Shown here in pieces: positions 9,817 to 18,828 of a stretch of 64,000 nt of DNA. Both the position numbers and the translations under genes were made by a program. Origin of the DNA: Planctomycetota bacterium (lineage in GTDB: Bacteria; Planctomycetota; MHYJ01; WSZJ01); the NCBI GenBank assembly GCA_038060895.1, contig JBBTCT010000005.1:5713-69712 (forward strand), written 5' to 3'. How positions within the stretch are numbered: the first letter of the stretch is position 1; each line of letters starts with the position of its first letter. The notes below the pieces were generated by a model, which saw only the letters and a list, made by a program, of their open reading frames with translations, did not search any database and had not been told where the DNA came from.

Positions 9817-10395
9817 TCAACTCGCACTGTGATCCAGCTTGACTTCCTTCTGCCAGCAGAGTCCCAGGCACTTCCGGAACACGTGGTCGAATTCCGCGAC
9901 GAACCCCGCCTTCGCGGCCCCCCGGATCGACGGCTCGTTGTCGCGCAGGATTCCAAGCACCGCGCGAGTGCGGCCGAGCGGCAAGTGGCGCCTTGCGCTC
10001 ATCACGACGGCGGCGGGGTACAGGCCTCGGCCGCGCATGTCCGGGACGGTGACGCAGTCGTAGAAATAGACTTCGTCGGGGGCGAGGCGGCGCTCGTAGC
10101 GGACCTGCGGGATGAAGGCGCGCGTCGTCGAGGTCCAGGTCTGGTGCGCGAGGCGACCGCCGATGTACGCGACCCAGCAGAGGTCACCGAGGGCGAGGCG
10201 CTGGTCGAACGGAACGTGGGGGAAGGCGATGGCGATTTGAGAAGCGTCGGCGGCGGTGGCGGGGCGAATCTCGGCGTCGGCGACGCAGTCAGGCATGTCC
10301 GGTATTCGGGCCGCGTAGAAGCGGTGAACGGTCTCGGACCACAGGACGTCGCGCGTCCACCGGGAGAAAGTCGAGGATGGGGCGGCGGTGGCCAT
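9817..10395 (-). CDS. GNAT-family N-acetyltransferase
   Basis: Motif A YDCVTVPDMRGRGLY; motif B NEPSIRGAAKAGF. Confidence 0.8.
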   Translation of the reverse strand: MATAAPSSTFSRWTRDVLWSETVHRFYAARIPDMPDCVADAEIRPATAADASQIAIAFPHVPFDQRLALGDLCWVAYIGGRLAHQTWTSTTRAFIPQVRYERRLAPDEVYFYDCVTVPDMRGRGLYPAAVVMSARRHLPLGRTRAVLGILRDNEPSIRGAAKAGFVAEFDHVFRKCLGLCWQKEVKLDHSAS

Positions 10396-10405
10396 GGGGC
10401 CCGGG

Positions 10406-11602
10406 TTACATGTCCTGGATTTTCCAGGCGCCGTCCTCGAGAACCAGCCGCATCGTCTCCCTCACGGTCCTCCCTCGCTGCAGGAACTCGACTTCGACGT
10501 CGGCGAGACCGCTGTCTACGGAAGCGGCGCCGGGTTTGAGAGTCGCAAAGATCTCGAAGGCGCTGGCCCACGCTTCGTCGGGCGCGTCGCCCTTGAGGTA
10601 GGGGGCGAATTCCTTCGTGCAGGTCGAGGCCAGAAGCGCCCCCATCGCCGTGCGGTCCTTTTTTGAGGCCGCTTCCGCGAACGACCGGACCACGGCGATA
10701 GCCGCCGCGGCGCGACCGTCGGCGTCTTCCCTGCCCTGGACCAGAACCGCGCCGGGTGGTCCCTTGGCGACTCCGGGTTTTCCGCTGCCATGCGGGTTGC
10801 CTGCGATGACGAGCACGTTGCGGTAGCCGGGCTCGACGACCTCGATCGACATGCCGTGCGGGTCGCGCGGGCAGCCATTGCCGCCGGCGACGACGAGCAT
10901 GCGGTCCATCCCGAATCCCGAGTACGTGACGATCGCGAGCGGGCCGCGCGGCGCGGTTTTCTGGAGATCGAGGCCGATCTTCTGAAGCGCCTCGTCGGAG
11001 GACTTGCCCCACGAGATTTTCAATTCGCCGCGCTTTTTCTCCCAGGCCTGGACTTCCTTCCCCTGGTCTCCGGGCGACTGTCCCTCGGGTTCGCCGCCGG
11101 CGGCCGGCTGGCCCCTTCTCAATTCGAGAAGCCAGTCCTTCCCCTTCACGAGCGCCCGGTCGTCGGCGACATCCTTCGTTTTTTCGCCGGACATCTCCGT
11201 GGTCGAGTCCTTCCACGCCAGGCGAAGAACGTCCCCGGCGAATCCCCCGTCGGCTGCGTCGCCCGCGCGGATGCGGACGTTCTCGGCGAGCGACTCGGTC
11301 ATGAGCGCAATGAAGGCGCCGTCGGGGCGGCCGCGGCCGGCGGCGATGAACAGGGTCTTGCCGTCGGAAGCGCCAACGATGACGACGGTGTTTTCAGGGG
11401 CGAGCGTGCCGAGAAAGCGATAGGCGCGGGCAATGGCGGCGCGCGTGAGCCGGTCCACATCCGCGGGAGTTCCGCCGTGAAGGGCGTCAGCTTCGTCGCG
11501 GAGGATTTCGTCGGCCTCCTTGACGCGGGGATCGATGGCGTCTTCCGCGCGAGCGGCGGCGATAAGTGCGGCGGACGCGAGAAGCGCGCGGATGGTGTTC
11601 AT
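10406..11602 (-). CDS. Secreted hypothetical protein with a C-terminal NTF2-like domain
   Basis: Signal peptide ending ARA-E; C-terminal VRSFAEAASKKD...MRLVLEDGAWKI pattern. Confidence 0.6.
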   Translation of the reverse strand: MNTIRALLASAALIAAARAEDAIDPRVKEADEILRDEADALHGGTPADVDRLTRAAIARAYRFLGTLAPENTVVIVGASDGKTLFIAAGRGRPDGAFIALMTESLAENVRIRAGDAADGGFAGDVLRLAWKDSTTEMSGEKTKDVADDRALVKGKDWLLELRRGQPAAGGEPEGQSPGDQGKEVQAWEKKRGELKISWGKSSDEALQKIGLDLQKTAPRGPLAIVTYSGFGMDRMLVVAGGNGCPRDPHGMSIEVVEPGYRNVLVIAGNPHGSGKPGVAKGPPGAVLVQGREDADGRAAAAIAVVRSFAEAASKKDRTAMGALLASTCTKEFAPYLKGDAPDEAWASAFEIFATLKPGAASVDSGLADVEVEFLQRGRTVRETMRLVLEDGAWKIQDM

Positions 11603-11606
11603 GTTT

Positions 11607-11990
11607 TTATTTCGGCTGCTCGAAGAGCGCGCAGACGGCGCCGGCGGGATCGCGGATCACGGCCATTTTCCCTCCCATGTTCCGGGGGCCGTGGACGACC
11701 TTGCCGCCATTCTTCCTCGCGGTCGCAATCGCCTTCTTCAGGCTCGGGACATTGATGTAGAGCAGCCACTGGGCCGGGAGGCCACGGTTCCCGCCGCGCG
11801 CATGGCAGATCCCGGCGACGGTCTTGCCGGACTTCGGCATGTTCATGCAGAAGTCCTGGTAACCACCCATGTCGAGGCCGACGGACTTCCAGCCCGCGAC
11901 TTTGCGGTAGAAGTCGCGCAGGCGCGGGGCGTCCCTCACCGTGAGGTCAAACCAGGTGATGGAGCCGGGCTCGGGCTTCTTGGCGGCCAT
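11607..11990 (-). CDS. VOC/glyoxalase family protein
   Basis: GSITWFDLTV..RDFY...WLLYINV...GGKVV..P...AVIRDPAGAVCALFE. Confidence 0.9.
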   Translation of the reverse strand: MAAKKPEPGSITWFDLTVRDAPRLRDFYRKVAGWKSVGLDMGGYQDFCMNMPKSGKTVAGICHARGGNRGLPAQWLLYINVPSLKKAIATARKNGGKVVHGPRNMGGKMAVIRDPAGAVCALFEQPK

Positions 11991-12006
11991 CGAGTTCTCC
12001 AGTTCG

Positions 12007-13980
12007 CTAGGGTGCGTCGATCTCCACTCCGCCGTAAAAAACCACGTCCCGCCGGCCTGTCTTCCTGGCCTCGTCCAGCATCTTGCGGATGCTCACCTCC
12101 GGCACTCCCTTCCACTTCGACTTTCCGTTCGACTTCACGACGACTTCCTTCGTCAAATCCACCACGGCAGGATTCCACAGGACCCGGATCTTCGAGATGT
12201 TTTTCGTCTTCAACTCGATCGTCTGGCCCTTGACCTCGACGCTGAAGCGCGCCGGCTCGCTCATCACGGAACGCGATTCCACCGGCTGCTTTTCCTGGTC
12301 GAGAAACTGGACGTTGTCGCACTTCACGCCCGCGTCCAGCCGCGTAACCTCGACCCACGAGAAGCGCGCGGCATCGATGTAGTCGGCGGTCCAGGCGAAT
12401 TTCTTCGGGTAGGGCGTGCGGATCTTGTCGGTCGCCCATTCGAACGACTTGAGGATCTCGTCGTCGGGCGCGCCTTCGTGGCCGCTGTCGGCGAACTCGT
12501 GGTATTCGACGTTGAGTTTCTGGTCCTTCGCGATCTCTGCGAAGGCGCGCGGGGTCTTGATCGGGAATATCGGGTCGAGAGCGCCGTGGATGAAGTAGCT
12601 CGGCGACATCCGCAGGTTGTCGAGGTAGTCCTTCCAGTTCTTTCCGTAAGCCCCATACGGCGATCCCGCCTTCGGCAGGTACGCCGCGTACAGGTCCCCG
12701 TGCCGCATCGCCTGGTGCCACGTCCCGTGCGCGCCCATCGACTGCCCGGCGAGCCAGACCCGGTCGGGGTCGATCGGAAATTTCGCGCGGAGGTACTGAA
12801 GCGCCGCGGGACCCTGCTGTTCGCCGATCTTCATCGGGCCCCACCCGGATTTGCGCGCGCTGGCGGGCTGGGCGACGATGAAGCGCCCGCGGGCCCAGCG
12901 GCGAAGGTACGGCGCGTACTGGCGGCAGTAGTCGATGGTGGCGTTCGTGCCGTGGAGATTCATGAAGACCGGCCAGAGCCGGTCGGGCTTGTAGTCCTCG
13001 GGGACGCTGATGCAGATCTCGCGCTTTTCGCCGTCGGGGAGCTGGTACGTCTCGACGTAATCGCGCGGCGCAATCTCGTGGAATTTGCCGCCCCGCAGGA
13101 GGACCGCGCCGACGAGAGCGGGGGTCACCTCCTCCATTGCCTGCAGCTTCTGCGAGATCGCGTTGCGCTTGTCGGGGTCCTCGACACTCAGGAACTCTTC
13201 GACCAGAGGCTCGACCGCTTCCAGCGTCGCCGCTTCGACCTGGAGCAGGTCCGCCGCATCCATCGTCCCTGCATAACGCGCCAGCCGGCGCCAGAACTCC
13301 GCCCGCGCCTTGACTCCCGCCGACTCGCTTTCCGGCAGCCCTGTCGCCGCGGCATCCAGCGCGTCTGCCGCCTCCCGGAACTTCCCTTCTCCGGCCAGCT
13401 TCGCCGCTTCCGCCGCCTTCTTCCCGGCTTCCTCGCCGGCGCGCTGGTCTTCGATTTCCACGAGTTCGCGACTGGCTTCCTCGGCGATTTCTTCGGGCGC
13501 ACGCACCGCGAAAGACCCGAGGACGGTTCGCGCGGTCGCGGGTTCACGACGCGCGGCCGACACCGCTTCTTCGAGCGCCGCTCGCGCAAGCTTCGTGATT
13601 TCGCCGAGCACCACCGTCAGTTCAGCGATCCTGTCCGGCCTCCTTTCGAGAAGCGAGCGAGCGGCGGAGTCGGCCTCGCGAAAGGATCCGCCATCCAGGA
13701 GTGCACGGGCCGCCGCGACCTTCTCCTCGTACTCCTGTTCCTGCTGCAGACGAAGCTCTTCGGGATCAGCTCGCAGCGGATTGTCAAGACGCCCGGGCGT
13801 CTTCGGGGCCGGCGAGACCACTGGATCGCGGGGGGGAGGGTTGACAACCTGTCCCGCCGATTCGTCTGCTGAAAAGTTTTTCGTCGCCGGCGCGCGGAGA
13901 GACCAGACCAGCGCCAGCGCCGCGGCGGCGATGCCGAGGACGCACACGGCTGAGACGGCGGCGGTGCGGTCGCTGGTCAA
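12007..13980 (-). CDS. Membrane-anchored protein with TPR-like helices and a C-terminal alpha/beta serine hydrolase (esterase/peptidase)
   Basis: N-terminal TM; LHG, nucleophile GQSMG, HGALD, SGHE; TTG start after a purine-rich SD-like sequence. Confidence 0.8.
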   Translation of the reverse strand: MTSDRTAAVSAVCVLGIAAAALALVWSLRAPATKNFSADESAGQVVNPPPRDPVVSPAPKTPGRLDNPLRADPEELRLQQEQEYEEKVAAARALLDGGSFREADSAARSLLERRPDRIAELTVVLGEITKLARAALEEAVSAARREPATARTVLGSFAVRAPEEIAEEASRELVEIEDQRAGEEAGKKAAEAAKLAGEGKFREAADALDAAATGLPESESAGVKARAEFWRRLARYAGTMDAADLLQVEAATLEAVEPLVEEFLSVEDPDKRNAISQKLQAMEEVTPALVGAVLLRGGKFHEIAPRDYVETYQLPDGEKREICISVPEDYKPDRLWPVFMNLHGTNATIDYCRQYAPYLRRWARGRFIVAQPASARKSGWGPMKIGEQQGPAALQYLRAKFPIDPDRVWLAGQSMGAHGTWHQAMRHGDLYAAYLPKAGSPYGAYGKNWKDYLDNLRMSPSYFIHGALDPIFPIKTPRAFAEIAKDQKLNVEYHEFADSGHEGAPDDEILKSFEWATDKIRTPYPKKFAWTADYIDAARFSWVEVTRLDAGVKCDNVQFLDQEKQPVESRSVMSEPARFSVEVKGQTIELKTKNISKIRVLWNPAVVDLTKEVVVKSNGKSKWKGVPEVSIRKMLDEARKTGRRDVVFYGGVEIDAP

Positions 13981-14196
13981 GGTTCCTGCCTGGAAAGCCC
14001 TCTGGCGATCATATCAACTCCCGGATTTCACGGCTCGTGCGCCCCTCCAATCCTTTCCATTTGAGTCAACAATGAAGCGCGATTCCGCTTCCTTTCACCC
14101 CGGTGAGCTGCCCTACAATCTCCCCCCACGGAATGCGGGAATTTCCGATTCTCTTCCCGCGTATTCCTGACAACCCCATTCACGGAGACTCGACGC

Positions 14197-15054
14197 ATGC
14201 GGACATTGAGCTTGATCGCCGCCGCGTTCGCGCTCACCGCGCTTCCCGCCCTGGCGAAAGGCCCCGAGTGCAAGTGGGCCAGGACCTGGGAAGACGCGCT
14301 GGCGGAGGCGAAGGCACGGAACGTTCCGATTCACGTGACGTTTCACAAGGACAACTGAGGGGGCTGCACGAGCATGGACAGTTCTGTCTATGCGAATAAG
14401 GATTTCGTGGCGGCCTCGAAGCGGTGGGTGAACGTTTACTGCAGCAAGGATTCGATGCACGGCACGGAAAAGGTCGGCGACCAGGAGATGTGCAAGCTCC
14501 ATCCCGGGATCAAGTGCGAGGACCACATCGCCTGCAACCAGAGCGCGGGCGGGCTGTACTTCAAGGGATCCTTCGGCGCGCCGGCGACGGTCTGGTGCAT
14601 GCCGGACGGCAAGGAGATCGGCAAGCACCAGGGCGGCATGGCTTCGAAGCAGGTGATCGAGAAGATGGCCGAAGCAGAGAAGGCCTGCGGCCCGGGGCTG
14701 GACCAGGATGCGTATGACTTCCTGCTCGGGAAGACCGAAGCGGGCGACAAGGCGGCGAACGACGGAAAGCAGAAGGAAGCGGTCGAGGCGTATACGGCCA
14801 TCGTGAAGACCATGGGGAAGAATCCGGCTGCGAAGAGCTGGGTTGAGAAGGCGCAGGCGGGTCTGGACCGGCAGGTCGAGCTCGCGAAGGGACAGATCGA
14901 AGAAGCGGTGAAGTTGAAGGACAGCGGCGACTTCGCGAAGGCGAAGGAGATGCTGAAGGCGGTTCAGGTGAGTTTCAAAGGCCAGCCGGTCGCGAAGGAA
15001 GCGGACAAGGCGATGGCCGACGTCACGGCGGCGGAGAAGGCCGCGAAGAAGTAG
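14197..15054 (+). CDS. Probable selenoprotein: secreted thioredoxin-fold protein with a U-x-x-C motif and a C-terminal helical domain (285 aa with TGA read-through)
   Basis: GGAG SD and ATG at 14197, then signal peptide MRTLSLIAAAFALTALPALA and Trx-like WARTWEDALAEAKARNVPIHVTFHKDN-[TGA 14356-58]-GGCTSMDSSVY. This is in frame with ORF 14374-15054, and a SECIS-like hairpin follows. Confidence 0.8.
14372..14393 (+). promoter_or_regulatory. Candidate bacterial SECIS element
   Basis: GCATGGACA-GTTC-TGTCTATGC: 9-bp stem with one G.U pair. The apical loop starts with GU, 22 nt after the TGA. Confidence 0.65.
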
Positions 15055-15073
15055 CAAATCCGAAGTCAAGCTG

Positions 15074-15105
15074 AACGCCCCGCCTCACGGCGGGGCGTTT
15101 TTTTT
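15074..15105 (+). terminator. Rho-independent terminator
   Basis: AACGCCCCGCC-TCAC-GGCGGGGCGTT followed by a T run, downstream of the 14197-15054 gene. Confidence 0.9.
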
Positions 15106-15113
15106 GCAACGCA

Positions 15114-17099
15114 TCAGGGAATCGCGATTTCCAGCACGCCCCACACCACCCGGTCGCGCCTCCCGGTCCTCCGCACCTCTTCGATCATGAACCGCGCACC
15201 GCGATCTTCCGGCAACCCCTTCCACGCTTCTTTGCCATTCAGCACCACGGTCATGGCGGGCTGAACGTCCTTTGGCACGCCGTCCCAGTAGATGCGAAGG
15301 CTGGCGACGCGTTCGGTTCGAATTTCGATTCTCGTCCCGAGATCTTCGGCATCCACGTGGGCGCAGTCCTTTGAAATCCGCCGCCGCTCGACGGTCGTGC
15401 CGTAGTCATCGACAAAGTTCACGGTCAGCTCGCCGGCCTCCTTCGCGATCCCGGCGATTTCGATCCAGGAGCATCGCGCATTCGCCAGGTTGTCCGTCGT
15501 CCACGCGATCTTCTTCGGGTGAGGCGCGCGCTTCTGCTGAAGCGCCCACACGAGCGACAGGCGCTGGTCTTCCATGGAGGCGCCCTCGTGGGAACGCTCG
15601 GCGTATTCGATGACCTCGACGCGGCAGCTCTTGTCTTTCGCGATGTCCGCGAATCGACGCGCGTACGCGACCGGGAAGACGTCGTCTTTCGCGCCGACAA
15701 GTGCCCGGGCGGGGGCGTTGCGGAGGTTGGAGATCCAGTCGAGCCAGTGATTGCCGTACATCGGGGAGTACGGCGTTCCCGCGATCCCGACGAGCGCCGA
15801 GTAGCGGTCGCCGTAGCGCATCGCCTGGAACCAGACGCCGTGCGCGCCTGCCGAGATGCCGGCGAGGATCACGCGATCCGGATCGTAAAGGTGCCGCTTG
15901 CGCAAGTCCGCGAGGATCGCCGGCACATGGTCCTCGCCGCGTCGATTCGGGCCCCAGCCGGCGGCCTCGTCGGGAATCGCGACGGCGACGATCGGCTCGT
16001 CGCCGAGCGCCTGCCTCCAGCCGCGTGCGACGCCCCGGGCGAATTCGGGGGCGCTCACGCCGGGCTGAAGCAGCAGCACGAGCGGCCGCGAGCGCGTCGG
16101 CAGGCCGCCGTCCGGGACGGAAACGGCGTAGCGGCGCTTTCCCGCCCCCGCGACCTCGTGCTCGTACACGCGCTCGCCGGACGGCGCGTCCACGGGTGTT
16201 CCGCCGCGCAGGATCACAGCCGCGACCAGTTCCGCGTCGGCCTCCGGCGTGGACGCCAGCTTCAGCATCGCCTCTTCGAATGCCTTCGCGTCCGGCGCCG
16301 CAATGGCCGCTTCCACCGCGCGCTCGACGGCGTCGAGTTTTGTCAGCCCGATCGACGCAAGCCGCTCCGGCCGCACGACGCCGTCGTAGCGCGCGCGCTG
16401 CACGAGCCGCGCCGCGCGCACGAGCGCCCGGTCGCGGGCATCGCCCGCAAGGCCGCGGGCGGCTTCGAGAAGCGCGATTACGGCGTCCTCAAGCTTCCCT
16501 TCCTTCTCGAACACGTCGGCATCCGTCAGCCGCTTCATCGACATCTCGCGCGCCACCGTCAATTTCAGCTGGTCGCGAATCGCACCGAGCTTCGCCGCGG
16601 ACCCCGGGGGCACGCGCCCCGCGAGTTCGTCGAGCGCGTCCACTCCCTTGACCGGATCCTTCCGCGCCCGCGACTCCGCTTCCTGACACGCCGCTTCCAC
16701 CAGAGCTTCGATTTCCGTGCGAACGGGATCTATTTCGGAAGCGCGTCCCGGGAACCGGGCGGCGAGGAGGTTGAGGCCGTCGAGGGCGGCGGCGAACTCG
16801 CCCTGGTCCGCCAGTGTTTCTGCGGCCTTGCGGTCGTCCCTGAAAGCGTCGCCGGGCGTGCGCGCGGCAACCGGCAGCCTTGCGGGCACGGAACTGGCCT
16901 CGTCGCCGTTCCCGTAGTGGATCGGGGGCCGGTCGTGGATGACGATGTCTTTCGCCTTCTCGCGCGCCGCCTGGTTTTCCTGCTCGACGTGCCAGGCATA
17001 GGCGAGAGCGGCGCCGAGAACGACGATGCCGACGCCGACCGAGAGCCAGGCGGCAGAAGGGCCGGAGCGGGGGCGCGGCGGCGAAGCGGGAAAAGGCAC
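15114..17099 (-). CDS. Paralogue of 12007-13980: TM anchor, helical repeats and alpha/beta serine hydrolase
   Basis: GISAGAHG (versus GQSMGAHG), QAMRYGD, GAKDD, SHEG; shared KKIAWT...SWIE and RRTGRRD..G.EI C-terminus. Confidence 0.8.
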   Translation of the reverse strand: MPFPASPPRPRSGPSAAWLSVGVGIVVLGAALAYAWHVEQENQAAREKAKDIVIHDRPPIHYGNGDEASSVPARLPVAARTPGDAFRDDRKAAETLADQGEFAAALDGLNLLAARFPGRASEIDPVRTEIEALVEAACQEAESRARKDPVKGVDALDELAGRVPPGSAAKLGAIRDQLKLTVAREMSMKRLTDADVFEKEGKLEDAVIALLEAARGLAGDARDRALVRAARLVQRARYDGVVRPERLASIGLTKLDAVERAVEAAIAAPDAKAFEEAMLKLASTPEADAELVAAVILRGGTPVDAPSGERVYEHEVAGAGKRRYAVSVPDGGLPTRSRPLVLLLQPGVSAPEFARGVARGWRQALGDEPIVAVAIPDEAAGWGPNRRGEDHVPAILADLRKRHLYDPDRVILAGISAGAHGVWFQAMRYGDRYSALVGIAGTPYSPMYGNHWLDWISNLRNAPARALVGAKDDVFPVAYARRFADIAKDKSCRVEVIEYAERSHEGASMEDQRLSLVWALQQKRAPHPKKIAWTTDNLANARCSWIEIAGIAKEAGELTVNFVDDYGTTVERRRISKDCAHVDAEDLGTRIEIRTERVASLRIYWDGVPKDVQPAMTVVLNGKEAWKGLPEDRGARFMIEEVRRTGRRDRVVWGVLEIAIP

Positions 17100-17119
17100 G
17101 CGGGCATTCTAACGGCTGC

Positions 17120-18160
17120 TCAGGCGCCCGCAGCGTCGAACGCGTGGATAGCGTGTGCCTTCACCAGCATCCAGGCGCGCTTCCCTGCGACGAGTTCCAG
17201 CTTTTCGACGGCGCGCGCGGTCACCTTGGCGACCCAGCGCTCTTCGCCGGCCACGAGGCGGACGTACATGTGCTCGCCGAGCGTCTCGATGGCCGCGACC
17301 TCGGCGGGAATCACGTTCTGCGCGGAGACGAGGCCAGGCTCCGACGACATGAGCATGATGTCCTCGGCTCGCACCGCCACTCGCGAGGGCTCCGGAAAGC
17401 CGGCGACCGCCGCCATCTCGAGCTGGCTCCCCTTCGCGGTCCCCAGCGAGAGGACCCCACCCGCTCGCGCGAGGACTTTCACTTCGAAGAGGTTCTCCGC
17501 GCCGAGAGCCTCGAGAACACCGAGCGCCGCGGGGCTCGCGAGGATGTCGCGGGGGTGACCCTGGGCGGCGACGCGGCCACGGTCGAGGACGATGACGTGG
17601 GAAGCGAGGGCGTGGACCTCGTGAGGGTCGTGGGTGACGACGAGCATGGGTATGCCCAACTCGGCAGGAATCCTCGCGAGGTACGGGAGGATTCGGGCGC
17701 GCATCGGGCGATCCACGGCGGCGAGAGGTTCGTCGAGGAGCAGCAGCCGCGGTCCGGCCGCAAGCGCGCGCGCGACGGCAACGCGCTGACGTTCGCCGCC
17801 GGAGAGTTCGGTGGCGCGGCGGTCGAGAAGGGGCCGAAGCTCCAGCGCGTCAATGGCTGCCTCTGAGGCATTCGACCGCCCGGCGAACTCGATGTTTCCG
17901 CGGGTCGTGAGGTGCGGAAAAAGCGACGCATCCTGCGGAACCCAGCCGATTTCGCGGTCATGGACTTCCATCTCGTCCAGCCGGATTCCCCCGGCCTCAA
18001 ATCGCCCATTTACCTCGGGGCGCAATCCCGCAAGCGCTTCCAGAATCGTCGTCTTCCCGGATCCGCTCGCCCCGAACAGTGCGGTCGCCGGAGATGCCCA
18101 GGACGCTGCGGCCTCGAGCCGGAAGCCCGGGTACTCCGCGCGCAGGTCGAAGGTGATCAT
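17120..18160 (-). CDS. modC: Molybdate ABC transporter ATP-binding protein with C-terminal TOBE domain
   Basis: GASGSGKTT, QDASLFPHL, LSGGERQRVA, LLLDEP, TOBE-like SAQN..AEV...LVKA. Confidence 0.9.
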   Translation of the reverse strand: MITFDLRAEYPGFRLEAAASWASPATALFGASGSGKTTILEALAGLRPEVNGRFEAGGIRLDEMEVHDREIGWVPQDASLFPHLTTRGNIEFAGRSNASEAAIDALELRPLLDRRATELSGGERQRVAVARALAAGPRLLLLDEPLAAVDRPMRARILPYLARIPAELGIPMLVVTHDPHEVHALASHVIVLDRGRVAAQGHPRDILASPAALGVLEALGAENLFEVKVLARAGGVLSLGTAKGSQLEMAAVAGFPEPSRVAVRAEDIMLMSSEPGLVSAQNVIPAEVAAIETLGEHMYVRLVAGEERWVAKVTARAVEKLELVAGKRAWMLVKAHAIHAFDAAGA

Positions 18161-18828
18161 CGTTCGCCTCTTCGCAGGAAGATCTCGGCTGCCGCGGTCG
18201 GGGCGAGCGCGAGGAGAAGCGAGACGCCTGCGAGCATCCAGGCTTCTCCTTCGCGGAACATTTCGATGCGCCCGTAGATGGCGAGCGCGAGCGTTTCGGT
18301 TTCGCCCGGGATCCGCCCGGCGACCATCGAGGTTGCGCCGAATTCGCCGAGGGCGCGGGCAAAGCCGAAGAGCGTTCCGTAGAGGAGGCCGCGGGCGGCG
18401 AGCGGGAGGGAGATGCGGCGGAACACTCCGGGGCCGGAGCACCCCAGCGTCCGCGCCACATGTTCGAGGCGGAGGGGGACCGCGGCGAACGCCTGCTCCG
18501 CGGCGCGCGTGATGAGAGGAAATGCCACGACGGCGGAAGCGAGCGCGGCGGCCCACCAGGTGAGGAGCAGCGTCTGCCCGAAGAGCGCTTCGCACGCGCG
18601 CCCGAACGGCGAACGGCGCGACAGGCACTCGAGGAGCGCGAGCCCGATCGCGACCGGTGGAAGGACCATTGGAAGCGCGACGACCGTCTGGACGAGGGGT
18701 TTGCCGGGGAAACGGAATCGGGCGAGTGCGTAACCGAGCGCCAGCGCCGGCACCCCGGCGATGAGCGTCGCCGTGAGCGCGACGCGCAGGGTGAGAAGGG
18801 CGATGCCGGCGGTTTCGGGAAGGGTCAT
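18157..18828 (-). CDS. modB: Molybdate ABC transporter permease
   Basis: LPMVLPPVAIG, ARTLG, FARALGEFGAT...G.IPGETETL. Confidence 0.93.
   Translation of the reverse strand: MTLPETAGIALLTLRVALTATLIAGVPALALGYALARFRFPGKPLVQTVVALPMVLPPVAIGLALLECLSRRSPFGRACEALFGQTLLLTWWAAALASAVVAFPLITRAAEQAFAAVPLRLEHVARTLGCSGPGVFRRISLPLAARGLLYGTLFGFARALGEFGATSMVAGRIPGETETLALAIYGRIEMFREGEAWMLAGVSLLLALAPTAAAEIFLRRGER

Noticed and set aside
14356-14358. Genome-wide TGA reassignment (code 4 or 25) as the explanation for the in-frame TGA
   Set aside because: Conserved genes such as rpsE, secY, adk, map, modA and modB end at TGA at their expected lengths, often in ATGA/GTGA overlaps, so TGA is a normal stop here.
14374-15054. 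Treating the 226-aa ORF as a complete gene
   Set aside because: It starts just after the redox motif, its ATG is buried in the hairpin with no SD, and it lacks the signal peptide and first Trx strand encoded upstream in frame.
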